Shown: one piece after another, positions 1 through 9,204 of the stretch
Position numbering within the stretch: the stretch's first letter is position 1
Layout: every line of letters starts with the position of its first letter
Assembly (NCBI GenBank): GCA_963665275.2
Contig: CAXXIN010000016.1
Coordinates: 96,001 to 160,000 of the forward strand
From: Negativicutes bacterium
GTDB taxonomy: Bacteria; Bacillota; Negativicutes; UBA1444
Direction of reading: 5' to 3'
Length of the DNA stretch: 64,000 nt
Position numbers and translations under genes: made by a program
The notes under the pieces: generated by a model
The model's input: the letters and a program-made list of their open reading frames with translations, nothing else
Database searches by the model: none
What the model was told of the DNA's origin: nothing

Positions 1-769
1 TCTGTTGAAAGGTCTGCGGTCGGTGCGCCGGAACGACATCACAGTTTGCAGCGATCTGTAGCAGTTCTGATCGGCGCGTCGGATCCGATTCGTTTGCAGC
101 CAGTTGGCGAGCATGGTCCGCATTGCGTCGGCCATAGAGGATGATTGCCTCGCAGGCGATTTTCATCGCTTCCAATTGAATTTTGCGGGCATAGGCTTGT
201 GGGTCCTGCAAGAAATCCAGTTTGTCGATTGCATTCTGAATATCAGTTTGAAAATCAAGAAACCCCTTGGTGTAAATCTTACCGTCAAGAACAGTGTGAC
301 CAGGGCCTCGTTGCTCCATAAATTCGGTAAAAATACCGTTTTCATAACAGGCATGCCATTCAGGACTCATGTGTCGCAAAATCGATTGACGGATTGAGCG
401 CTTTTCCCAATAAGGAATTACTTTTTCCAGATGAACCCGGGTTGCTTCCTCAGAGACTCGAAAATAGATTTTATCGCGTCGGTTCATCACGTCGAGATCT
501 TCCGGTGTATGGCAGCATAGTTCGGGGAAAGAAGGGGCGCTTTGCGGCTGTTCACCTTTTTCACCGACGATTAGCTCACCTTTGCCAATCCAGAGGGTTT
601 TGTTGGCTAAGACATGTTTGAAAGTCAGTGCGCGCAAGATGGGAGTCTCGACAGTGCCGGCGTATTTTTCATAGGCTTCTGTCACGAGCGCGGCGCGTTC
701 AATACTGAGCTGGGGAATGGCGGTGAGGCTCTCTTGCCGGAGTAATTGAATACGTTCATTCATTTTCAT
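1..769 (-). CDS. hypD: Glycyl radical enzyme, trans-4-hydroxy-L-proline dehydratase type (5' part; runs off window edge)
   Basis: Not in the ORF track (no stop in window). Manual translation of the minus strand gives MKMNERIQLLRQES...SIERAALVTEAYEKY...GELIVGEKG..P..APSFPELCCHT...IFTEFMEQRGPGHTV, closely matching the C. difficile HypD N-terminus as I recall it. SD AGAAAGGA; start ATG 769 or 763. Directly downstream of an activase. Confidence 0.85.
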   Translation of the reverse strand, partial: MKMNERIQLLRQESLTAIPQLSIERAALVTEAYEKYAGTVETPILRALTFKHVLANKTLWIGKGELIVGEKGEQPQSAPSFPELCCHTPEDLDVMNRRDKIYFRVSEEATRVHLEKVIPYWEKRSIRQSILRHMSPEWHACYENGIFTEFMEQRGPGHTVLDGKIYTKGFLDFQTDIQNAIDKLDFLQDPQAYARKIQLEAMKIACEAIILYGRRNADHARQLAANESDPTRRSELLQIAANCDVVPAHRPQTFQQ

Positions 770-780
770 TCGTCCTTTCT

Positions 781-1680
781 TTATCCACCAATGCGGGTTT
801 CCAGACCGGCATCGGTAAATTGGTGTTGAATGGCTTCCAGTCGTGCGGGAGACGGCGGGCATAATGATAAAGCAGTCGGTAGCCCAAGTTTTGCATATTT
901 GCTGGCGCCGGTATTGTGATAAGGAAGCAGATTGACCCGAGTTATGCGAAGTGGCTTTATAAAGCACAGGATAGCGTTGATGTCCTCCATTGCGGCGTTA
1001 ATGCCTTCAATCAGGGGGAGACGCAGGTTGATTTCCGCGCCAGCTCTGGAAAGATACCGCAGGTTTTCAAGAATAAGGGCATTGTCGTGTCCTGTGTGAT
1101 GCTGGTGGCGTGCAGGTTCCATGAGCTTAAGATCATAAAGGAATAAGTCCGTATAGGGTAGTATACGTTCGAAAGAGTCTTGTGGAACGTAGCCGCAAGT
1201 GTCGATGGCGACGTGCAGTCCGCGAAGTTTGCATTTTGCGGCAAGTGCTTCCAGCGTATTAATGTGGCACATGGCTTCTCCACCGGAAAAAGTGACGCCG
1301 CCGCCTGATTGTTCATAAAAAATCTGATCCTTCAGTATTTCCACAAGCAGTTCTGATTCTGAAAGTGCCTGACCGGCGACTTCGCGGGCATTCGACAGAC
1401 AAAAGTCTACACATTCACCGCAACGGGAACATGAATTGCGGTCGGTGAACTGATGGACGAGTGAGGTGTTGATTGCTTGCCGGGGACAGTGACTGACGCA
1501 AGTGGCGCAACCGGTGCATTTTTCGTTGTCGACCATGAGGTCGGCGGTAAATCTCTGGCTCTCCGGGTTGTGGCACCAAGTGCAGTGAAGGGGACAGCCT
1601 TTGAAAAAAACGGTTGTCCGGATGCCTGGGCCATCGTGGATGGAGAATTTCTGTACGGATAAAACAAGCGGTGTGGTCAT
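781..1680 (-). CDS. Glycyl-radical enzyme activating enzyme (radical SAM, with ferredoxin insert)
   Basis: HDGPGIRTTVFFKGCPLHCTWCHNPES motif (CxxxCxxC), two extra 4Fe-4S motifs, GGVTFSGGE. Confidence 0.95.
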   Translation of the reverse strand: MTTPLVLSVQKFSIHDGPGIRTTVFFKGCPLHCTWCHNPESQRFTADLMVDNEKCTGCATCVSHCPRQAINTSLVHQFTDRNSCSRCGECVDFCLSNAREVAGQALSESELLVEILKDQIFYEQSGGGVTFSGGEAMCHINTLEALAAKCKLRGLHVAIDTCGYVPQDSFERILPYTDLFLYDLKLMEPARHQHHTGHDNALILENLRYLSRAGAEINLRLPLIEGINAAMEDINAILCFIKPLRITRVNLLPYHNTGASKYAKLGLPTALSLCPPSPARLEAIQHQFTDAGLETRIGG

Positions 1681-2252
1681 ACGCTGGGCCCCTTTGCTTG
1701 AAAAGGGTTGGGGTGACTTACAACCAGAATACGGACTATTTTGGCCGTGTAGTTGGCCCAGTTGTGAGGAGTGGTGGAGGGATAATGCGCTGAATCGCCA
1801 GGAAAAAGATCCTGTCTTTCGTTATCGATGAAAAGAGTCAGAACTCCTTCCAACACGTGGATGAACTCCTCACCTTCGTGCGCATAGGGTAAAATTTCCT
1901 CGTCACTGTTGATCGGCAACAGTTCAATGAATCGTGACAACAAGACTTTATTGTCTAGTTGATGTGTCAAGTGATAATGAATGGAGCGTGACGCATCGAC
2001 TTGAAAAACTTCCTTCTCGTAACTGCGCATAATGCGTCGGGCATTTTGACGCGGCTCTCGGAAAAAGTGGGAACGGTCGACTCCGAGCGCCTGCGCCACA
2101 GTGGTCAAAAGATCCGTGGCAATGTCGGTCAAACCGCGTTCCAGCTGAGATAAGTAACCTACCGATAGGCCTGTTAACTGACCGAGGTCTTTTAAAGTCA
2201 GTTTGTTTTGCAACCGCAAATCACGGATTTTTTGGCCGATTGTTTTTTGCAT
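1677..2252 (-). CDS. XRE-family HTH + cupin transcriptional regulator
   Basis: N-terminal HTH (LSVGYLSQLERG); C-terminal cupin (HEGEEFIHVLEG...GDSAHY..PHNW); ATGA overlap with the activase. Confidence 0.9.
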   Translation of the reverse strand: MQKTIGQKIRDLRLQNKLTLKDLGQLTGLSVGYLSQLERGLTDIATDLLTTVAQALGVDRSHFFREPRQNARRIMRSYEKEVFQVDASRSIHYHLTHQLDNKVLLSRFIELLPINSDEEILPYAHEGEEFIHVLEGVLTLFIDNERQDLFPGDSAHYPSTTPHNWANYTAKIVRILVVSHPNPFQAKGPSV

Positions 2253-2320
2253 TAACCGTATCTCCTGTACACATTTTAATAATTATGGTTCTTATGACAA
2301 TTATATAACACCGATGTGAA

Positions 2321-2345
2321 AATATGAATAGAATAATTTCATATT
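2321..2345. promoter_or_regulatory. Inverted repeat AATATGAA-N9-TTCATATT, candidate operator for the XRE-cupin regulator
   Basis: Perfect 8-bp inverted repeat in the AT-rich divergent promoter region upstream of the regulator. Confidence 0.45.
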
Positions 2346-2510
2346 GGTGAAATGGAGTTGACCCAACCAGACGAAAATTGAATGAAAATTATGGCAGAAT
2401 AAATAGAGGAAGGTAGCGTTTGAATAGCGAATACCAATACGTTTTAAGCCTTGCCGCCAAGAGGCGACATCGGCAGGAATCCAAATAATTCGGGGAGGCG
2501 GTATTGTCAA

Positions 2511-3350
2511 ATGAGTGAATGTGAGCTATTGGATTGCTTTTGTCAGGTGGCTGAGTTCATCCCCAAATTGATCAGTGGAAAAGTCGGTATGGTGGTCAGT
2601 AATCGCGAAAAATTGTTGGTTTCCTATTGTATCCCGGAACTTGCGGCACAGGCGCACCCGGGCGATCCGGTCAAACCGGGTTCGGGTTTGTACAAGGCCA
2701 TGGAGACCAAACAACGAATTGTCACTGAAATACCGAAAGAGCTTTATGGTTTCGCTTATGTTGCCATCAGTCTGCCGATCATCAGCAAAAGCGGCGAAGT
2801 AGTGGGAGCGGTGGTCATTCATGAATCGCTCGAACGGAAAGATACTCTTCAGCATACCGCAACTGGATTGGAGACCTCGGCAACATCTTTGGCAGCTTCT
2901 ATTGAGGCGATAATGAGTCAGGCGCAGGAACTGAACGGACAAGCCCGTTCCCTGACGGTACTGGCTGCCAGGACGGAGAAAGAGATGCTGGAAACCGATG
3001 CGGTTCTGGCTTTTATAAAGAAAGTCGCCGGACAGACCAACCTGCTGGGATTGAATGCTTCGATCGAAGCAGCCCGGGTAGGCGCTCAGGGACGGGGATT
3101 TGCGGTGGTCGCAGAGGAGGTCCGTAAACTGGCGGAGAACAGCGCGAATTCCGCCGTGCAGATAGCCGATATTCTGAAACGGATGAAAGCCTCCATTAAT
3201 GATGTTTCCTCTTCATCCGGCCAAATCGAGGGTGTGATCAGTCATCAGGCCGGAGTAATCGAGTCCATTTCCAGCCATAGTCGGGACTTGATGGAGCTTT
3301 CGCGCGAACTGAAGCACCTGGCAGGCACGCTTTACTCACAAGCCAATTAA
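2511..3350 (+). CDS. Soluble methyl-accepting chemotaxis protein
   Basis: [34 protein letters not shown] hairpin; no TM segment; SD GGGGAGG before ATG 2511. Confidence 0.9.
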   Translation: MSECELLDCFCQVAEFIPKLISGKVGMVVSNREKLLVSYCIPELAAQAHPGDPVKPGSGLYKAMETKQRIVTEIPKELYGFAYVAISLPIISKSGEVVGAVVIHESLERKDTLQHTATGLETSATSLAASIEAIMSQAQELNGQARSLTVLAARTEKEMLETDAVLAFIKKVAGQTNLLGLNASIEAARVGAQGRGFAVVAEEVRKLAENSANSAVQIADILKRMKASINDVSSSSGQIEGVISHQAGVIESISSHSRDLMELSRELKHLAGTLYSQAN

Positions 3351-3424
3351 AATAAACAACTGAAGAATAATTGCTGATCCGTCGATTTAAGATATAGGTT
3401 GGATTATATATGGAGGCGGATGAG

Positions 3425-3988
3425 ATGGTGCGAGGAAAATATTTTAAGGTACTATTGATTCTAATGTTGTTCATGGTAGCGATTTTCATTCCGATGCCGG
3501 TTATGGCTGATGGAATGCCGGCAGGGTCTGATGATAAACAAACGAATACTCCGGGAACGACGAACCGCCCAAACACCGCCTGGCCGCCGTCCGGGAGCGT
3601 GCCCAAGGGGAATTCGCCTGCGGACGCGTTTGCCGGAACTTGGTACGCCTTCGTCGATAACACGGCTTTTACCATTGTTATTGAGCAGGAAGGCCGGATC
3701 ATCAAAGGAGCGCATACGGCCGTATATGACTATGGGCGACGAGTGGACTCCAGTGTCGGCGGTGTTTCCATGGTGGGAACATTGGACGGAAACATTGCTT
3801 ACATGGAATGGAAGAGCGGCCTCAGCCCTGAAAACGGCAAAGCGACGCTTGAATATCTGGCAGGAAGGCCTGCGACTTTACACTGGAAAATTGTTGACGA
3901 ATTACCGAAAGCTGACGATGCCAACGGGGCGGCGCCGGTGGAGGTTTCTTACTTTTTGCCGCGCACGGCATATTTGATCCGCAAATAA
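3425..3988 (+). CDS. Hypothetical exported protein
   Basis: Signal peptide (..PVMA/DG), low-complexity linker, beta-rich domain; GGAGG SD. Confidence 0.7.
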   Translation: MVRGKYFKVLLILMLFMVAIFIPMPVMADGMPAGSDDKQTNTPGTTNRPNTAWPPSGSVPKGNSPADAFAGTWYAFVDNTAFTIVIEQEGRIIKGAHTAVYDYGRRVDSSVGGVSMVGTLDGNIAYMEWKSGLSPENGKATLEYLAGRPATLHWKIVDELPKADDANGAAPVEVSYFLPRTAYLIRK

Positions 3989-4038
3989 TACCACCAGAGC
4001 AACTTCGAATATTTTTACAGAGGAGCTAGGGAAACGCA

Positions 4039-5964
4039 GTGCGATATGCGGGAAGAAAAATGCTAATTCCGGGATTGTTCTTTGCTTGGCTTTTGGGCGC
4101 ATCGGTTGCAGTGGCGGCATCTGCCGGAGAAAGTTACAACATTCCGGAAATCAAAGTTTTTCAACTGCAGGATCGCCAAGTGGTGGCGGTGGCAGTTGAA
4201 AATAGGATACCCGGCCAGGGCATCGAAGAGGTGCTGGGATACAGGATTGAGCCTAGTTTCAGCGAAAAAAGAAACGCTAACCATCTGGAAGTGGTTCTGT
4301 CCAATGTATCGCAGGGATCCTTTGAGTTGCCTGCAAGCGCTCCGCTCAAGTTCGAAAAACTGAGCGCGGAACAGGTCCGGTTTACGCTGAGTGGAGAGCA
4401 GGCTGCGAGAACAAGGATCACTACGGTGCAACGAAAAACGGTCAAAGGCCGCGACGGAATGATCCGTATGAGAACCTATCTAGTGTTCGATCTGCCGAAA
4501 GGAACGAAAACAAACGCTCCTACGGTAGTGTTGGACGCCGGACACGGCGGGGAAGATACAGGGGCTGTGAAGAGTTTTATCCGCGAAAAAGATATTAATC
4601 TTGATATTACGCTGCGCTCAGCACGTTTGTTTGAGGCACAGGGCTGGAATGTCATGCTGACCCGAAGTGAAGATATTGAACCGTCGCTGTTGGATCGGGC
4701 TGATGCTGCGAATATCGTGAGGGCTGATGTATTCATTTCGATTCACAACAATTCGCTGCCTGACGAAAAAATTCCGCGTAGTCGGGAGTTCGGCACAACT
4801 GTACTGTATAACTCTTCGGCATTGAAGCCTGCCTATGAATTGGCCGCTTTGGCGCAAAATGAAATCATCGGGGTGTTGGGGACGCAACGGGAAGTGATGC
4901 AGGATCGGCCTCGCTTGGTAGTGCTCAACTCAACGTGGGTGCCGGCGATATTAACGGAAGGCGTGATGCTGACCAATCCGGCGAATGCAAAGCTGGTGAT
5001 GGACCGTCTGCAACGGCAACGCATGGCCGAAGCCATTTTTAAAGCCACCGAGAATTGGCGTGGAATCAAGGTGCTATCTGCGACAAAAGCTATTTCGCAG
5101 CAGACGGCAACTGAGACGATGGTGATTGGCACGCAGACGCCGCCGGAAAATGCCAATAGCAGCGGAAATACCGCCAATCATGGTACGGTTGCGGCCAAAG
5201 ATGGATGGATTTACTATCTGAAAAAAGCGGAATCCTTATATGGTGAAAAAGAAGAAACCTTATGGCGTTTCCGGCCGGACCGATTTTTATCTGACCAGCT
5301 GGTTGCGGATGCCGAAGCTTGGGATATCAACCTGGACGGTGAGTGGCTTTATTACGTGAACTGGTCGGATGGACAAGCGATTTATCGCGCACGCCCTGAT
5401 GGATCGGAAGCGGTGCGCTTGGTGGAGGGTCCGGCTCAGCAAGTAAATATGGTTGGCGAAAATATCATATTTGTAAAGGATCGCCGGATTTACAGTATCA
5501 GACGAAACGGGGGAATGACCGTTCAGCTGATTGATGACGAGGCTGAAAATGTTGTTGCCGTCGGAGGGTGGATATATTATGCTAACGGCAGCGATGGATT
5601 CAAACCCTATCGGATCAAATCCGACGGTACGGGGCGGGCGAAAATTGTCAACGATGAAACCTTGTTCATGACGGTTGCGGGAGAGTGGATCTTTTACAGC
5701 AACCGGACTGATGAAGAAAAACTCTACCGCGTGAAAACTGATGGAACCCAACGAGGGAAAGTGTCGAACGACAAAGCAGGATATTTGAATGTGGACGGAC
5801 GATATGTGTATTATACGAATACTTCGCAAGGCAATGCGGTTTTTCGTATCCAGGCAGATGGCGGTGCACGGACTAAATTGACGGAGGGATCCGCTGCAAC
5901 CGGCCCGATCGGAATTGCCGGTAGAAAATTGTATTATCGTGGCCAATTTTCGGATTTGAACTAA
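4039..5964 (+). CDS. N-acetylmuramoyl-L-alanine amidase (Amidase_3) fused to DUF5050-like beta-propeller
   Basis: VVLDAGHGGED, EKDINL, FISIHNN, PAILTE motifs; repeated WIYY/WLYY..N.SD..Y R..DG propeller blades; signal peptide; start may be ATG 4060. Confidence 0.85.
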   Translation: MRYAGRKMLIPGLFFAWLLGASVAVAASAGESYNIPEIKVFQLQDRQVVAVAVENRIPGQGIEEVLGYRIEPSFSEKRNANHLEVVLSNVSQGSFELPASAPLKFEKLSAEQVRFTLSGEQAARTRITTVQRKTVKGRDGMIRMRTYLVFDLPKGTKTNAPTVVLDAGHGGEDTGAVKSFIREKDINLDITLRSARLFEAQGWNVMLTRSEDIEPSLLDRADAANIVRADVFISIHNNSLPDEKIPRSREFGTTVLYNSSALKPAYELAALAQNEIIGVLGTQREVMQDRPRLVVLNSTWVPAILTEGVMLTNPANAKLVMDRLQRQRMAEAIFKATENWRGIKVLSATKAISQQTATETMVIGTQTPPENANSSGNTANHGTVAAKDGWIYYLKKAESLYGEKEETLWRFRPDRFLSDQLVADAEAWDINLDGEWLYYVNWSDGQAIYRARPDGSEAVRLVEGPAQQVNMVGENIIFVKDRRIYSIRRNGGMTVQLIDDEAENVVAVGGWIYYANGSDGFKPYRIKSDGTGRAKIVNDETLFMTVAGEWIFYSNRTDEEKLYRVKTDGTQRGKVSNDKAGYLNVDGRYVYYTNTSQGNAVFRIQADGGARTKLTEGSAATGPIGIAGRKLYYRGQFSDLN

Positions 5965-6022
5965 GGAAAACTCGTCGCTTTATTCAGTTAAATTAATTAT
6001 GTGTTATCCAGTTCCATTTGGG

Positions 6023-6051
6023 TTGACATTACATGTTTCGAATGCTAAATT
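6023..6051 (+). promoter_or_regulatory. Sigma-A promoter for the M-box leader
   Basis: TTGACA-17-TAAATT with extended TG. Confidence 0.6.
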
Positions 6052-6070
6052 GAATGTGTAACCAGATATG

Positions 6071-6238
6071 CTTTCTCTGTTAGGTGAGGCTCCTGCATGA
6101 ACACAGGCCACTGCCCGGAAACGTCGAAAGACGCCAAATGGGTAGAACAGGTATTACCGGCTTAAGGTTTTACTTAAGGTGGCTGAGGTTTCCACACGCT
6201 CTACGTTATGCAGTGCTAAAGCTCAACGAGTAGGGAAG
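6071..6238 (+). ncRNA. M-box (ykoK) Mg2+ riboswitch
   Basis: Conserved segments GTTAGGTGAGGCTCC, CTGCCCGGAAACGTCGAAAGACGCCAAATGGGT and GTGCTAAAGCTCAACGAG; upstream of Mg transport genes. Confidence 0.93.
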
Positions 6239-6271
6239 GTCGTGCATAGATCAGATCCGTATGCATGCGAA

Positions 6272-6315
6272 GGCCTTCCGCTTTTCACGAGTGGAGAGGT
6301 CTTTTTTTCTTTTTC
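6272..6315 (+). terminator. Expression-platform terminator of the M-box
   Basis: GGCCTTCCGC...GTGGAGAGGTC hairpin followed by a T run. Confidence 0.7.
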
Positions 6316-6456
6316 TGAAAATAAGTTGGCAAGGAGGTGGTTTTATGGATTCCGATGCTGGAGGCAGTCCTATAGGTTTGCGACGCAGGCACAATAACAG
6401 GCGGCGTTTCTGTTCGGCAAGGAGCGGAATCCGCCTGCATAAAAAGGGGTGACATC

Positions 6457-7743
6457 ATGGTGAAATTAATTGGCGAATACTATTTCAGCCAATTTTTGGG
6501 CAAACCGATTTACGATGCCGCTGGCGATCGTATTGCCCAAATAAGGGATATGGCGGTTCGCTGGAACGGTGCATATCCAGAAGTCGTTGGCATAAAATAT
6601 GCAAAAAAATCTTCGTCGTTGATACCAATCCATTGGGTAAGCGAATGCAGTACCCAAGGAATTCATCTGGAACCTGGCTACGCAAGTGAAAAGGATATTT
6701 CACTTGCGGACAATGATATTTTTATTAGCAAGTGGCTTTTGGATAAACAAATCGTCGATTTAAAGGGCTCTAAACTGGTCCGGGTCAACGACGTTCGCCT
6801 AGTCTGGCTCGAACAGGAGCAATCCCGGCGCTTTGTAGTCCTCGCCGTGGATATTGGTATCCGGGGCCTATTGCGACGTCTTGGCCTGGAGTTTCTGGTG
6901 AAAAACCGCAAGGAAAACTTGCTTGGCTGGCAATATATGAAACCGCTGGAGCATTGGAACTCTCATCTGCAGGTGACACAGGTGAAGCCGCAACTCAAGG
7001 AACTTCACCCAGCCGACATCGCCGATTTGCTGGAAGACATGAGTTACAAACATCGTAGCGGCTTTATTCAGAGCCTGGATGCCCAGCAGGCAATCGAAGC
7101 GTTGTCTGAAATGGATCTCGAAACTCAGGTCGAAGTCATCCAACATATGGATGAAGAACGTGCTTCCGATATCTTGGAAGATATGCCGCCGGACGAAGCT
7201 GCGGATATCTTGGGTGAGTTGCCGGCGGAAAAATCAGAAGATCTGCTCAAACGAATGGAAGACGAAGATGCCGCCGAAGTCCGAGAGCTCATGCAATATG
7301 AGGAAGGCACCGCCGGTGCGCTCATGACCACCGAATATATTACTTTTTCTTCATCGATCACGGCCGAACAGGCTATCAATCAGCTTCGTGAACAGGCGCC
7401 TTCGGCTGAAACTATTTATTATCTCTATGTGATTGACGAAAAAGAGCATTTGCGTGGGGTCTTGTCGCTACGCGAACTGATTATCGCCGATCCTCGAACC
7501 ATCGTTAAAGACATTATGCATACGAAGATCTTCATGGTTTCAGATCACGATGACGACCAGCACGTTGCTGAGTTGATCAATAAATACGGGTTGTTGGCTG
7601 TACCCGTGGTTAACGAGGATGGCTTGATGCTGGGGATCATTACCGTCGATGATATTCTCGACACCGTGATGCCCGAGCGCGGCAAGATCGACACTTATTT
7701 CTCGTTCGCGGTTCGCAAACTGGCGGGTAGGCGGGTTTCATGA
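6457..7743 (+). CDS. PRC-barrel + MgtE N-terminal + CBS-pair protein (cytosolic part of MgtE, no TM domain)
   Basis: LHPADIADLLE, MPPDEAADIL, TAGALMTTEY, YYLYVID, GIITVDD motifs. Confidence 0.9.
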   Translation: MVKLIGEYYFSQFLGKPIYDAAGDRIAQIRDMAVRWNGAYPEVVGIKYAKKSSSLIPIHWVSECSTQGIHLEPGYASEKDISLADNDIFISKWLLDKQIVDLKGSKLVRVNDVRLVWLEQEQSRRFVVLAVDIGIRGLLRRLGLEFLVKNRKENLLGWQYMKPLEHWNSHLQVTQVKPQLKELHPADIADLLEDMSYKHRSGFIQSLDAQQAIEALSEMDLETQVEVIQHMDEERASDILEDMPPDEAADILGELPAEKSEDLLKRMEDEDAAEVRELMQYEEGTAGALMTTEYITFSSSITAEQAINQLREQAPSAETIYYLYVIDEKEHLRGVLSLRELIIADPRTIVKDIMHTKIFMVSDHDDDQHVAELINKYGLLAVPVVNEDGLMLGIITVDDILDTVMPERGKIDTYFSFAVRKLAGRRVS

Positions 7744-9014
7744 GTCGCCTGAAAAATATGCGAACACGCATGGGTTTGTTTTTGTCTGTCATGGGACCCG
7801 GCATTGTAACTGCTTTTGCGGACAATGATGCTGGCGGCGTTGCCACATATGCAGCAGCTGGCGCCAAATATGGTTACGGACTTTTGTTTACCATGTTTGT
7901 CGCGACTATTTGTTTGGCGATTGCGCAGGAGATCTCTGCCCGTACAGGTGCGGTCACAGGCCGCGGCCTTTCCGACCTGATCCGGGAAATTTTCGGTGTG
8001 AAATGGACGTTGTTCGCAATGGTTGTATTGCTAGTCGCCAACATTGGGACTACGGCCTCGGAATTTTCGGGGATTGCGACTAGTTTTGAGATTTTTGGCA
8101 TCAGCAAATACATATCTGTTCCCCTGATGGCTTTCTTTATTTGGTGGATGGTGATTAAAGGAAGTTACGGTCGGGTTGAGAAACTTTTTTTGATACTGTG
8201 CGCCACGTTTGCCAGCTATGTAATTTCCGGGCTGATTGTCGATCCGCCTTGGGGAGAGGTGCTGAAAGCCTCGGTGACTCCCAGTTTTGCCGGTGACGCA
8301 GAATTCCTCATGATGGCAATCGGGGTTATTGGAACCACCATTACGCCATGGGGACAATTTTATGTCCAGGCCTCAGTTGTTGATAAAGGCATTACGGCCG
8401 AAGAATATCGGTATACTTTTTGGGATGTCATGATTGGCGCATTCTTCACCTGGCTGATTGCGTTTTTCATTATTGTGGCTACCGCAGCCACTTTGCATGT
8501 CAATGGTGTTGCGATCGAAACGGCAGGAGATGCGGCCTTGGCATTGCAACCTTTGGCGGGGAAATACGCCAGCTACCTGTTCTCGTTTGGTTTGCTGGGC
8601 GCTTCTTTGCTGGCGGCTTTTATTCTGCCGCTTAGTACGGCTTATGCCATTTGCGAGGCCTTTGGATTCGAGCATGGGGTGGACCATGATTACAAAGACG
8701 CACCGGTTTTTTTTAGCCTATATACGGCACTGATCGTGATTGGCGCACTTTTGGTACTCTGGCCGGGGTTGTCGCTTTATAGCGTTATGTTGACATCGCA
8801 AGTTATCAATGGGGTGCTCTTGCCTCCCATTCTGATATTCATGGTTCTGATTGCCAGCAATAAGAATATTATGGGTTCTTATACCAATTCAGGCTGGTAT
8901 AATATCATAGCCTGGCTATTTACGATTGTACTGATAGTGTTGACAGTAATGCTGTTGGCTTGGAGCCTGGCGCCGGCGAAAATGGCCAGTTTGCTGGCAC
9001 TGTTCGGTTGGTGA
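7740..9014 (+). CDS. Nramp-related Mg2+ transporter (NRMT-type)
   Basis: GPGIVTAFADNDAGG (replaces DPGN), GTTITPW; M-box control; ATGA coupling to the MgtE_N protein. Confidence 0.85.
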   Translation: MSRLKNMRTRMGLFLSVMGPGIVTAFADNDAGGVATYAAAGAKYGYGLLFTMFVATICLAIAQEISARTGAVTGRGLSDLIREIFGVKWTLFAMVVLLVANIGTTASEFSGIATSFEIFGISKYISVPLMAFFIWWMVIKGSYGRVEKLFLILCATFASYVISGLIVDPPWGEVLKASVTPSFAGDAEFLMMAIGVIGTTITPWGQFYVQASVVDKGITAEEYRYTFWDVMIGAFFTWLIAFFIIVATAATLHVNGVAIETAGDAALALQPLAGKYASYLFSFGLLGASLLAAFILPLSTAYAICEAFGFEHGVDHDYKDAPVFFSLYTALIVIGALLVLWPGLSLYSVMLTSQVINGVLLPPILIFMVLIASNKNIMGSYTNSGWYNIIAWLFTIVLIVLTVMLLAWSLAPAKMASLLALFGW

Positions 9015-9204
9015 CGGAGATCCGTTTTTGTAAAACTTGGAACAGTTAATAGTTGTCGGATCACGTAAAAAAATGAGCCGGCAGTGGCAAAACTTGTCTA
9101 CATAAAAAGGATTTTGTTATTCGATCTCGAATAAAATACAATACCTGACTGAAAGCAGTAGCCGACTGCCAGCGAAAATATCATATGAAAGAGGGGTCTA
9201 TTGC

